From Candidatus Gottesmanbacteria bacterium GW2011_GWA2_43_14 (lineage in GTDB: Bacteria > Patescibacteriota > Microgenomatia > 2-02-FULL-39-11), in contig LCFP01000003.1 in the NCBI GenBank assembly GCA_000999095.1, forward strand, positions 93,437 through 157,436: DNA of 64,000 bases, in the 5' to 3' direction. Positions 1 through 7,862 of the stretch are shown here, one piece after another. Under the pieces are notes generated by a model. The model searched no databases. It saw nothing but the letters and a program-made list of their open reading frames with translations, and was not told the origin of the DNA. Numbering within the stretch: position 1 is the stretch's first letter; every line of letters starts with the position of its first letter. The position numbers and the translations under genes were made by a program.

Positions 1-707
1 TTCCTTATAGTCCGTAAGGCTTGATGTATTAACCAGAGATACCCTCCGCAAGCTCCAATAATTTGATTTACTATTTTCCGGTCAGGATGAAAATTCCATT
101 GTTCTGTGTAGTGTTTTAGAAATTGCCTGCAGTCGTCTTTTCCATATAGCGGATATTTGGAAATATGATCGTAGAGAAAGGAACATTTATCTGACAGCTG
201 TTTGTATTTTGGGTCAGTTAAATCAATTTCTGAAAAGACAACAGCCGAAAAATTCTTACTTGTTCTGATTATATATTCGAAATCAATCAAGTCTTGGTAT
301 TTACCGGATTTAATTAGAGAAGTGATATGGGAAATGAAGAAACCAACCGCGTATCCTTTTCCAGCTAATTCATGAAGCAAGCCGGCTATATCTAAATCGG
401 CTAAATTTTTTTCGGATGTAATTTTTTTTGCCCGGCATATTTCCGCCAATCCTTCTCTAACTTCAGTTAACAAATTCCTGTTGTCTATCGGAACATACCT
501 TAATAAGTATCGCCTATAATATTTTCCTAGAAGCCTTTTTAATATTTTCTTGTTATTGATAATTTCAAGTACTCGGTATTCACAATCATCCTGTAGCTGA
601 ATAACCGTCCCGCACTCCGTATAACGGATGATATTCAGCCATTTACGGGCATTTTCCATGGTTGTTCCATCCGTAATTGGCGGTTCGGATATTTTGGTTT
701 TTTTCAT
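1..707 (-). CDS. Partial ORF running off the window start; degenerate AAA/STAND-like ATPase N-terminal region, possibly a winged-helix regulator
   Basis: Translated by hand from ATG at 707 (MKKTKISEPP...IIGACGGYLWLIHQALR), open to the window edge. The CGGYxWL motif resembles the GxP region of STAND-like ATPases. Any C-terminal wHTH would lie outside the window. Confidence 0.55.
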   Translation of the reverse strand, partial: MKKTKISEPPITDGTTMENARKWLNIIRYTECGTVIQLQDDCEYRVLEIINNKKILKRLLGKYYRRYLLRYVPIDNRNLLTEVREGLAEICRAKKITSEKNLADLDIAGLLHELAGKGYAVGFFISHITSLIKSGKYQDLIDFEYIIRTSKNFSAVVFSEIDLTDPKYKQLSDKCSFLYDHISKYPLYGKDDCRQFLKHYTEQWNFHPDRKIVNQIIGACGGYLWLIHQALRTIR

Positions 708-741
708 AATTTAGAGCTTTAAAACAATCCAAATCATAAAA

Positions 742-808
742 GTCAGGATTTTCCGTCAGATTATACGGATTTCCGTCAGGAAGTCAAATTTTCCTGACGC
801 ATAATGAC
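742..808. promoter_or_regulatory. Divergent promoter/operator region
   Basis: TTTCCGTCAG direct repeat at 750-759 and 770-779; inverted CGTCAGGAA/TTCCTGACG at 774-782/791-799; minus-strand TTGACT-16-TATAAT (787-760). Confidence 0.6.
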
Positions 809-839
809 AAGCAAATGATAACCTCTTCCTATATTCTAT

Positions 840-895
840 GGGCTGAATTTCTTTCTTAACGGCGCGGAGCCGAAAAAAAGGATGAAGTTCAGCTC
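840..895 (+). other. Predicted 5-prime leader RNA hairpin
   Basis: GGGCTGAATTTC (840-851) pairs with GAAGTTCAGCTC (884-895) using G-U pairs; starts just after a TATATT -10 at 830-835. Confidence 0.55.
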
Positions 896-896
896 T

Positions 897-910
897 TTGA
901 CAGGAAGGAA
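897..910 (+). repeat. Left arm of 14-bp perfect inverted repeat enclosing the 966-1865 gene
   Basis: TTGACAGGAAGGAA; reverse complement at 1873-1886. Confidence 0.85.
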
Positions 911-965
911 TAAATCAAGCCAGGAAGCGCCCTGTCTTGAACCAAATCAATCCGTGGAGGATAAA

Positions 966-1865
966 ATGAACACCAGAAGAATTTTCTGGATATCTATCGT
1001 CGTAGTACTCTTGACAGCGGCCTGTACAGGCGGAAATACGCACGAAGTTCCCATACCCAATTCAAGCTCGGCTCCTGAAGAGGAGACTGAAAAGGAAACC
1101 TTCGAATTGGAAGAGTACGGGACCGTCGCAGTGACAGCCGGTGTATTACAAGCTGGGAAAAGTTACTATTTCGTTCCTGGCACAGCAGCCAGCGGAGGAA
1201 TATCCGTCTACTCGATTGCCCGAGGCGGGATCATCGGCTACCTCATTGAACGCCTGTTCGAAACCGGACCTGGCATGATCCAGGATCTGACCGAAGGCCC
1301 CCGAACTTTCTACTGGGACGGTCAGTTTACCTCGATCAACCGGGCAACCGGGGAGGTACGCATTTTTGCCCTGGAAGATGCCTATGCCGCCGAAGCCGAG
1401 GCTGAAAATGCCGGAGAAAACGAGGAAGCGAAAGCCAAAGAGGAGGAAAAGGTGTCTGAGTCTCGTCAACTCAAATTAGTGTTTATCTGCGAAGATGATC
1501 CATCTTGGATTTCCAATTTGACTGAGATATTTGTTGAGTTATTCGGCGCTGTAGTAAAAGTGTTCACCTCTTGTGAAGATATGTTAGTTCGTTTGGATTC
1601 CGGTGAAAACCCAGATCTATTTATTGTTGATCATCACTTGGCCGGCGCAATTGGAGGTCCCAAGTGCACCGAAGAGATAAGAATCCGGAGACCTAAGGCC
1701 GTGATAATGGGTTTTCCCGGCGATAAAGGACGCAAGTCAGATGAAGGGGTTACAGTCGAGCAAAGGTTTATCGATAACGGAGCAAATTCTGTCATCGAGA
1801 AAGGAGATACTGATAGTTTTAGCAAAATTACGGATTTCGTCAAAGAAAATTTTGATACACAATAA
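966..1865 (+). CDS. Predicted lipoprotein with C-terminal response-regulator receiver (REC)-like domain
   Basis: GGAGG SD before ATG 966; lipobox LTAAC after a hydrophobic stretch; C-terminal VFICEDD...PDLFIVDHHL...GG...VIEKG matches the receiver motif order. Confidence 0.7.
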   Translation: MNTRRIFWISIVVVLLTAACTGGNTHEVPIPNSSSAPEEETEKETFELEEYGTVAVTAGVLQAGKSYYFVPGTAASGGISVYSIARGGIIGYLIERLFETGPGMIQDLTEGPRTFYWDGQFTSINRATGEVRIFALEDAYAAEAEAENAGENEEAKAKEEEKVSESRQLKLVFICEDDPSWISNLTEIFVELFGAVVKVFTSCEDMLVRLDSGENPDLFIVDHHLAGAIGGPKCTEEIRIRRPKAVIMGFPGDKGRKSDEGVTVEQRFIDNGANSVIEKGDTDSFSKITDFVKENFDTQ

Positions 1866-1872
1866 CGAGTTT

Positions 1873-1886
1873 TTCCTTCCTGTCAA
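1873..1886 (+). repeat. Right arm of 14-bp perfect inverted repeat
   Basis: TTCCTTCCTGTCAA, 7 nt after the stop codon. Confidence 0.85.
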
Positions 1887-1887
1887 C

Positions 1888-1946
1888 TGACAGGGATCGG
1901 TGGCGCCTGAGGCGCTTCTCAAACCATCGATTCCTGTCAATTTTTT
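1888..1946 (+). terminator. Long branched hairpin plus U-run, terminator-like
   Basis: TGACAGGGATCGGTGG (1888-1903) pairs with CCATCGATTCCTGTCA (1924-1939); inner GCGCC-TGA-GGCGC; T6 at 1941-1946. Confidence 0.6.
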
Positions 1947-1972
1947 AAGTGATGAAATCGGGGTAGCGGGGA

Positions 1973-2404
1973 TTAAAATTCATTTATGCTTCGCAGATAC
2001 TGAAGGAAGTTTCCCGGTTTAATTACAATTATCCTCAAATCATTTTCGATTTTGTTTGCTTTATAATGCCGGCTGTTATGTGAAAGTAAGAATTTAGACT
2101 TTGATAGGTAGGCTCCGGCAACAAGATGCGAGTCTTTTTCGTCAATGACATAATCCCCATAATTTTTGATTAAATCTTTTTTGGTCATATCTAAAGCGAT
2201 TGTTTTGAGATTGTTGAGGATTTTTACGGTGCTCTGAGCTTCAATATTAAGTCTTTCTCCCACTTCTTTTACCTCTTGTGAGACAGTATTAGTAATTATT
2301 TTTTCAATTTTGGGAATATTAATGACGTTAAAGGAAGCGCCGGTTTTTGAAAGTAAGGAGGATATGATGACATCAGTATCTAGAAAGACCTGGATTTTTG
2401 CCAT
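1973..2404 (-). CDS. PIN-domain toxin (VapC-like)
   Basis: VFLDTDVIIS, DEKDSHLVAGA, LLSHN PIN motifs; overlaps the upstream HTH gene. Confidence 0.85.
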   Translation of the reverse strand: MAKIQVFLDTDVIISSLLSKTGASFNVINIPKIEKIITNTVSQEVKEVGERLNIEAQSTVKILNNLKTIALDMTKKDLIKNYGDYVIDEKDSHLVAGAYLSKSKFLLSHNSRHYKANKIENDLRIIVIKPGNFLQYLRSINEF

Positions 2405-2655
2405 AGCTTTTGACGGACATCTCTGATAGTTTCATTCACTTTGTCCAAAGCGGCCTCATCCGACTTTTGGGCTTTTAATATATCCTCATCCATCCCGGTG
2501 AAGACAAAGGAAATTGAACTTGCGGGAATTCGATACACCTTGCCGATTTTTTTGGCAATAATTTCTCCTCTGCCGATCAGCTCATAAATGGTGTTTTTGC
2601 TCAACTGGAGTATTTCTGCTACCTGTTCCGGTGTGTACGTTCTTGGTTGTAACAT
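2380..2655 (-). CDS. Excisionase-like (HTH_17/MerR-type) DNA-binding protein, probable antitoxin
   Basis: YTPEQVAEILQLSKNTIYELI...KIGKVYRIP pattern; coupled to a PIN gene. Confidence 0.8.
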   Translation of the reverse strand: MLQPRTYTPEQVAEILQLSKNTIYELIGRGEIIAKKIGKVYRIPASSISFVFTGMDEDILKAQKSDEAALDKVNETIRDVRQKLWQKSRSF

Positions 2656-2690
2656 GACTATTTTATATCAAACATGACTAAAAATGTCAA
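2651..2690 (-). promoter_or_regulatory. TA promoter with direct-repeat operator
   Basis: AACATGACTA at 2651-2660 and 2671-2680; minus-strand TTGACA at 2690-2685, then 17 nt, then TATAAA. Confidence 0.65.
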
Positions 2691-2736
2691 TATGGAATAA
2701 AAGCATTCTAAAACCATCGATTACTGTTAAAATTTT

Positions 2737-3141
2737 TTATGGCTCGAGACGGATTTTCGGGGATAACTTATCGAAATCTTTATCGAATGAAAGGAGTTTC
2801 TTATTTTCGTTTTTGGCAGTTGTCCAGATTATCAAATCGACAAGGTCAATCTTATTTAACCGGTATATATTCAAGACTTCAAAGATCACTTCTTTTTCTT
2901 TAACCACCATCCAATCAGGGGAAAATAAAGTTAATATTTTACGGCAAGCTTCTTCCCGGGAAAGTTCATACCAATTTTCCAGTTGATAAATCATTTCCAC
3001 TACTGTCAGCGGTAATATTTCAAACTGAAATTTGCCTTCATCTGCTTCCAGAAACCTTTTTTTTACTTTTTCCGCCTGGGCGGGAACATCATTAGTCAAG
3101 TATCTCAGAATAATATTGGTATCCAAAAGGACACTTTTCAT
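2737..3141 (-). CDS. vapC: PIN-domain toxin VapC
   Basis: VLLDTNIILRYL, IDLVD, LLSFDKDF motifs. Confidence 0.9.
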   Translation of the reverse strand: MKSVLLDTNIILRYLTNDVPAQAEKVKKRFLEADEGKFQFEILPLTVVEMIYQLENWYELSREEACRKILTLFSPDWMVVKEKEVIFEVLNIYRLNKIDLVDLIIWTTAKNENKKLLSFDKDFDKLSPKIRLEP

Positions 3142-3395
3142 TTGTGTGTTCCCGGTTTTTTGCGGGATGACAAGTAATCAATAAACTGCCTTCTCATTTT
3201 TTTCAAATCTTCGGGTTTACTTTTCGGCTTGACGCTGCCCATCAGAGAGAAAAAGTCAGGCAGAGTATGGATGACAATTTTGTCGTCTTCTTTCATAATC
3301 ATGACTTTATCCTGCGGATCGACACCCAGTTTTTTTCTAATTTCCGAAGGTATAGTTACTTGTCCCTTTATATTTACTACCGAATATCCAATCAT
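3138..3395 (-). CDS. AbrB/MazE/SpoVT-family antitoxin
   Basis: KGQVTIPSEIRKKLG motif; 4-bp overlap with vapC. Confidence 0.9.
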   Translation of the reverse strand: MIGYSVVNIKGQVTIPSEIRKKLGVDPQDKVMIMKEDDKIVIHTLPDFFSLMGSVKPKSKPEDLKKMRRQFIDYLSSRKKPGTHK

Positions 3396-3401
3396 GATAC
3401 G

Positions 3402-3440
3402 ATAATAAAATATGTATTACATTATGTCAAGTAGTAATAC
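3402..3440 (-). promoter_or_regulatory. TA promoter with inverted-repeat operator
   Basis: Minus-strand TTGACA-17-TATTAT; GTATTAC (3414-3420) and GTAATAC (3434-3440) flank the -35. Confidence 0.6.
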
Positions 3441-4692
3441 TATTGGTATACAGATCTTCCAGTTCCTTGACGCCGCCGAAGGCAATGCGGTCGAGAACAA
3501 GCTTATCCATCCCCAGCATCAGAGCCGGTGTGATGACGAACTCGCCGAAGCGGTCGTTGATTTTGTCCGCAGCATCAGTTGCGTCCCGCTGCCTGGTTTT
3601 TTCCGTCCGGAAAAGCTCTTCCTGGACAAATTTTTTCTCCGCCAGGCCAAAACAACTGACAGCCAGCTTGGCCACTTTTTTTGCTTGATTGGGCCGGCGG
3701 TTAAAAACCAGCATGACTTTTTTGAACAGTTCTCCCGTGGTATACATTTCCGTTGAGAAAGTTGCCCCCTGGTGCCAGTGGGTATAGTCGGTGTAGATGA
3801 CGGAAACATGGATGCCCGAAGCGGTATAGCCGTGGCGGCGGAGGCGACGGCCCATCTTTTCCGTCAGCTTCATCAAAAGCCGGGCCAGCTCTTTTTTGTC
3901 CGAGGTGAATTGGCCCAAGGCATAAGACTGGCCGAAGCTTTTGCGGCCAAACTCGACGGCATCAATCTCCCAGCCCCGCAGTCTTAAGTACCAGTAATGG
4001 CCGACAATGCTGCGGAAAACCTGCTTGACCAGAAGGTCGCGCGGGCTTTTAAGAAAATCCAAAGGAGTGAAAATGCCGTGGGCGTTGAGCCTGGCCTGGT
4101 AGCGGGTATTGATGCCGCAAAGATCGACCAGAGTCACCTGCCGGTAAACATTTTCCAGATTTTGCCAGGTAACCGTTTCCAGACCGTCCGGCTTTTTCAA
4201 AGAAGCGGCCAGTTTGGAGAGGAAGCGGTTGGTCGAAATGCCGACCGAGACGGTAATCCAGTCGCCGATTTCCTTTTTAATGCGTTTTTTTATCTGACTG
4301 CCGACATCCTCCAGGGATTTGTTTTGAAGCGGCATGGAGGTAAAGTCGAGAACAGCCTCATCAATTGATTTGGGGAAGACGTCAGGTGAATATTCCCTGA
4401 AGAGCCGGCTGAACTTGAGGTGGATGTCCCGGTATTTGGGAGGATCGGGCGGCAGGACGATAATATCCCGGCAGAGAAATCTGGCTTCCCGCACGTTCAT
4501 GCCCACTCTGATGCCGTATCTTTTGGCTTCGACAGAAGGAGCGACCACACAGCCGTTGCCCGTAGTGTAGGCGGCCACCGCCACCGGTTTGCCGCGCAAA
4601 AGGGGATTGGCCTGCTGTTCGGCTGTCGCGAAACAGGAATTCATGTCGATGTGCATGACCCGCGGCTCGTTGCGGTTAAGAGGCAAGTCCAT
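3427..4692 (-). CDS. dinB: Y-family DNA polymerase (Pol IV/DinB)
   Basis: HIDMNSCFA, SVEAKRYG, SIDEAVLD, SKLAASLKKPDG motifs. Confidence 0.95.
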   Translation of the reverse strand: MDLPLNRNEPRVMHIDMNSCFATAEQQANPLLRGKPVAVAAYTTGNGCVVAPSVEAKRYGIRVGMNVREARFLCRDIIVLPPDPPKYRDIHLKFSRLFREYSPDVFPKSIDEAVLDFTSMPLQNKSLEDVGSQIKKRIKKEIGDWITVSVGISTNRFLSKLAASLKKPDGLETVTWQNLENVYRQVTLVDLCGINTRYQARLNAHGIFTPLDFLKSPRDLLVKQVFRSIVGHYWYLRLRGWEIDAVEFGRKSFGQSYALGQFTSDKKELARLLMKLTEKMGRRLRRHGYTASGIHVSVIYTDYTHWHQGATFSTEMYTTGELFKKVMLVFNRRPNQAKKVAKLAVSCFGLAEKKFVQEELFRTEKTRQRDATDAADKINDRFGEFVITPALMLGMDKLVLDRIAFGGVKELEDLYTNSITT

Positions 4693-4936
4693 CGCTCACC
4701 TCCGTCAGTGTCCAGAAAAGGGTTTCGGTGTCGAACTCCAGTTTGAAAGCCAGGGAATTGTTGCAGACGGAGAAAATATGCAGGAGTTTTTTGCCTTGTT
4801 TGACTTTGTGGTGGTAGCCGATTTTCTCAATGGTATAAAGGCGGCCCTGCCATTTGATTTTCCTGGGGGTAACCGTCCTTTTTTCCCGGTCAAAGACCGT
4901 CACCACGCTGACTTTCTCGTTGATTTTCTCGTTCAT
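4676..4936 (-). CDS. Small beta-rich hypothetical protein in the mutagenesis cassette (DUF6504-like)
   Basis: PRKIKWQGRLYTI...LEFD...WTL pattern; lies between lexA and dinB and overlaps dinB. Confidence 0.65.
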   Translation of the reverse strand: MNEKINEKVSVVTVFDREKRTVTPRKIKWQGRLYTIEKIGYHHKVKQGKKLLHIFSVCNNSLAFKLEFDTETLFWTLTEVSDGLAS

Positions 4937-4961
4937 AAAAATGCCCGTCCCCAAGCGGAAT

Positions 4962-5534
4962 TCAGTGATATTTCCGGACTACAGAGATAACGATGCCGAA
5001 GAGAGTAAGATTTTCCGCAGGGAAGAGGGGCGAATATTTGCTGTTGCCCGGCGCCAGAAAGACCAGATTGTCCCTTTTGCGGAAATATTTCAGGGTGAAT
5101 TCGCCGTCGATTGAAGCCACCACGATGTCGCCCTCTTTGGGTTCACGGTCCTTTTCCACGATAACCACGTCTCCTTCCTGGATGCCGGCCTCGATCATGG
5201 AATCGCCGGAAACCCGCAAAAGATATGATTTTTCCGGTTTGGCCACCAGGTAATCGTCAAAGGAAACCGAGGACAGGATCTGTTCGTCGGCAGCCGTCGG
5301 GCTGCCGGCACGGATGATGCCTAAAACCGGCAGGGAAGGCAGGAGGCGGTCGGGAATGAGCCTGCCTTTATCGTCTTTGCCCAGAATGCCGGCTTCGATG
5401 AGTTTGGCCGCCAGCTTAAAACTGGCATGTTTGGAGGCAAAACCGAAAAGGCGGCACATTTCCTGATAAGAGGGGAGCCGTTTGTTTTTGCGGAAAAAGC
5501 GGCGGATTTTTTGGGTGGCAGACTCGATGTCCAT
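4962..5534 (-). CDS. lexA: LexA repressor (S24 peptidase with N-terminal wHTH)
   Basis: PSYQEM helix, AG cleavage site (IRAGSP), GDSM catalytic Ser, TLK catalytic Lys. Confidence 0.9.
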   Translation of the reverse strand: MDIESATQKIRRFFRKNKRLPSYQEMCRLFGFASKHASFKLAAKLIEAGILGKDDKGRLIPDRLLPSLPVLGIIRAGSPTAADEQILSSVSFDDYLVAKPEKSYLLRVSGDSMIEAGIQEGDVVIVEKDREPKEGDIVVASIDGEFTLKYFRKRDNLVFLAPGNSKYSPLFPAENLTLFGIVISVVRKYH

Positions 5535-5535
5535 A

Positions 5536-5700
5536 CTATATTAAAAGAAGCTGTCCTCCGCTTTTAAGAATCAATTCCTGCCTGGCTTCCAGGGCCAGCT
5601 GTTTGACGGTTTTAATTTTGCCCTGGCGCAGGGCTTTTATCTGTTTCTGAAAACGCAGGTAGGTGGCCGAGAGTCTGTCAACAGGATAGTTTTTTTTCAT
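5536..5700 (-). CDS. 54-aa basic helical protein, first gene of the lexA cassette (absent from the ORF track)
   Basis: ATG 5700 to TAG 5536: MKKNYPVDRLSATYLRFQKQIKALRQGKIKTVKQLALEARQELILKSGGQLLLI; fills the gap between promoter and lexA. Confidence 0.6.
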   Translation of the reverse strand: MKKNYPVDRLSATYLRFQKQIKALRQGKIKTVKQLALEARQELILKSGGQLLLI

Positions 5701-5711
5701 AAGCCAATGTC

Positions 5712-5740
5712 ATTATAGTGAACGATCGTTCACCTGTCAA
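5712..5740 (-). promoter_or_regulatory. Consensus sigma70 promoter with SOS box in the spacer
   Basis: Minus-strand TTGACA-GGTGAACGATCGTTCAC-TATAAT; perfect 16-bp palindrome at 5718-5733 containing GAAC-N4-GTTC. Confidence 0.9.
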
Positions 5741-5789
5741 GGGGAAGAAGTGCTTGTCAGGAAATTGGCGTTATAGTACCATGGATGAT

Positions 5790-6251
5790 ATGAAAATTGC
5801 CATTGTTTACGCCACCAATTCCGGCGGGACGCAGCTGGCGGCGCAGATAGTTGCGGAAACTTTCGCCAAACACAACCTGACGGCGGAAATAAAAGAAGTT
5901 CAGGGCAGTATGCCTGCCGATTTAAAAAATTATGACCTGGTCATCCTGGCCTCACCCAGCTGGGATTATGAAGGCCTGGAAGGCGAGCCCCATCCGGATT
6001 ACCGCCCGTTTATGGAAAAATTCAAGGGAGAGGATTTCAGCGGACGGAAATTTGCCGTTTTCGGGCTGGGGGATTCATCCTATACTTATTTTTGCGGAGC
6101 GGTCCAGCATCTGGAAGACTTTGTCAAATCGCTAAAAGGTGAACTGGTGACTCAATCACTGCGCATTGACGGTTTTTATCTGGACCAACAGAAAAGTTCT
6201 CAGCAGTTGACTGATTGGACTGAAAGCCTTGTCACTCATCTCAATGGATAA
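5790..6251 (+). CDS. Flavodoxin
   Basis: IVYATNSGGT, ASPSW, FAVFGLGDSSYTYFCGA; start chosen at MKIAIVY. Confidence 0.9.
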   Translation: MKIAIVYATNSGGTQLAAQIVAETFAKHNLTAEIKEVQGSMPADLKNYDLVILASPSWDYEGLEGEPHPDYRPFMEKFKGEDFSGRKFAVFGLGDSSYTYFCGAVQHLEDFVKSLKGELVTQSLRIDGFYLDQQKSSQQLTDWTESLVTHLNG

Positions 6252-6804
6252 ATCACCTGTCCATCTTCCCCACAGAGTAATAACAGTTTCAGGCCGTGTT
6301 GCCAGTGGTGCCACGACTCTCTCCAGGGAACTGGCTAAAAAACTTCATTGGATCCTCTGGAACGGCGGGGAAATCTACCGGCAGTATGCCAGAGAGAAAA
6401 AAATTCCCCTGGAAAGGACGGATCTGTCTCCCGATGGTTACCACCTGAAACTGGACGAATACATCAAAGAAAAACTTGCGACAGAAAAAAATCTGATCAT
6501 GGAATCATGGCTGTCGGGATTTAATGCCCAGGGAATTGACGGTGTTTTTAAAATATTTATAGTTTGTTCTGTCGATTCCGTGCGGGTGGACAGACTGGTC
6601 AACCGGGAAAAAATCACCATTGATGAGGCAAAGTTGCATTTAAAGAGGCGGGAGGAGGAAAATATCAAGAAGTGGAAAAAATTGTACAAAACGGCTGATT
6701 TCTGGAATCCCGACCATTACGATCTGATAATTGATACTTACCAGAACGGTCCAACCGAAACCCTGGAGATAGCCCTGAAGGCTGCGGGTTACTACACCCT
6801 CTGA
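6244..6804 (+). CDS. Cytidylate kinase-like protein (archaeal-type Cmk)
   Basis: ITVSGRVASGATT P-loop, ESWLSG, YDLIIDT. Confidence 0.8.
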   Translation: MDKSPVHLPHRVITVSGRVASGATTLSRELAKKLHWILWNGGEIYRQYAREKKIPLERTDLSPDGYHLKLDEYIKEKLATEKNLIMESWLSGFNAQGIDGVFKIFIVCSVDSVRVDRLVNREKITIDEAKLHLKRREEENIKKWKKLYKTADFWNPDHYDLIIDTYQNGPTETLEIALKAAGYYTL

Positions 6805-7241
6805 CTGTCGATCAGGATTGTAACCGGGCCGTCATTGGTAAGTTCGATGTCCATATAGGCACCGAAACGGCCGGCGGCCACTTTTTTAACACCCAGTTTA
6901 CGGAGAACGCCTATAAAAAATTCATACAGTTTTTCCGCCTTTTCCGGCCCGGCACTATCGGTAAAAGAAGGCCTGCGGCCGGCGGAAGTGTCGGCGAAAA
7001 GGGTAAACTGGCTGACAACCAAAATTTCCCCGCCCACGTCCAAAACCGAGCGGTTCATCCTGTTCTCCGTATCCGGCATGATTCTCAGATGAACTGTTTT
7101 GGCGGCCAAAGTTTCAGCCTCTTTTTCCGTGTCATCTTTGGCTATACCTATCAGAAGTAAGAGTCCTATGCCGATTTCACCTAAAACAGCTCCTTCTGAT
7201 GCTACTTTTGCCTTTTTAACTCTTTGGATGAGAATTCTCAC
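6792..7241 (-). CDS. dtd: D-aminoacyl-tRNA deacylase
   Basis: IQRV, VSQFTL, GRRPSF, NDGPVT motifs. Confidence 0.97.
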   Translation of the reverse strand: MRILIQRVKKAKVASEGAVLGEIGIGLLLLIGIAKDDTEKEAETLAAKTVHLRIMPDTENRMNRSVLDVGGEILVVSQFTLFADTSAGRRPSFTDSAGPEKAEKLYEFFIGVLRKLGVKKVAAGRFGAYMDIELTNDGPVTILIDSQRV

Positions 7242-7252
7242 TATTTTCAGAC

Positions 7253-7295
7253 AAAAAGAAAGGAGCGAATAAAATTCGCTTTATCCTTTCTTTTT
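7253..7295 (-). terminator. Intrinsic terminator after the major pilin
   Basis: AAAAAGAAAGGA / TCCTTTCTTTTT arms with inner AGCGAAT/ATTCGCT. Confidence 0.75.
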
Positions 7296-7310
7296 AGTTA
7301 AACGCAAAAC

Positions 7311-7769
7311 TTATCTGGTAACTGAAATACTGACTCCAAGTTCTGCGCTGGGTGCAGTCACAGTAACTCTATTGTCTGTGGTGCTACTTACAACTGTATA
7401 ACCGGTATTGTATCCAGAACCTACAGAACAGTCGGTGATGTTGTTTCCGCCAAGCGACGGATCCTGCGGTAAAGCAGCCATATATTGCGTAATAAGATCA
7501 GTGCAGATATTGGCACCGGCTTCACTGATATTTTGGACTGTACCTGTGATTCCGACTGGTAAAGCACCCCTGTTATCAGCAGCAAACTGATGAATGGCAT
7601 TTAAAATGGCATTAACATTGCTGCTTCTTTGGGTGTTATTGGCCTGGGAGAATTGTCTGGCCGGATTGATGGCGATTAATGTAATGGCCAAAAGGGTAGC
7701 CAGGATTCCTATAACAACCAGGAGTTCGATAAGCGTGAATCCCCGGTTGCGGGCAGTTAAATTCTTCAT
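7311..7769 (-). CDS. Type IV pilin, probably the major subunit
   Basis: GFTLIELLVVIGI prepilin motif; two Cys; strong GGAGGTGA SD, own terminator. Confidence 0.9.
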   Translation of the reverse strand: MKNLTARNRGFTLIELLVVIGILATLLAITLIAINPARQFSQANNTQRSSNVNAILNAIHQFAADNRGALPVGITGTVQNISEAGANICTDLITQYMAALPQDPSLGGNNITDCSVGSGYNTGYTVVSSTTDNRVTVTAPSAELGVSISVTR

Positions 7770-7862
7770 TAATTAATCACCTCCCTTCAAAAAAGAGTAC
7801 TATATCCAAGCTACTATGTACTGACGACTTTTGTCAACCACAATTATCATAATATCCCGGTT

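Noticed and set aside
882-965. ORF-track start at 882 for the lipoprotein
   Set aside because: The SD and signal peptide fit ATG 966; 882-965 lies in the structured leader.
895-1888. CT dinucleotide on both sides of the 14-bp inverted repeat as a target-site duplication
   Set aside because: Two bases are too short to distinguish from chance without an empty-site comparison.
2380-2655. Excisionase as evidence of a prophage or ICE
   Set aside because: No integrase, att-like site or phage genes are nearby; the gene is coupled to a PIN toxin.
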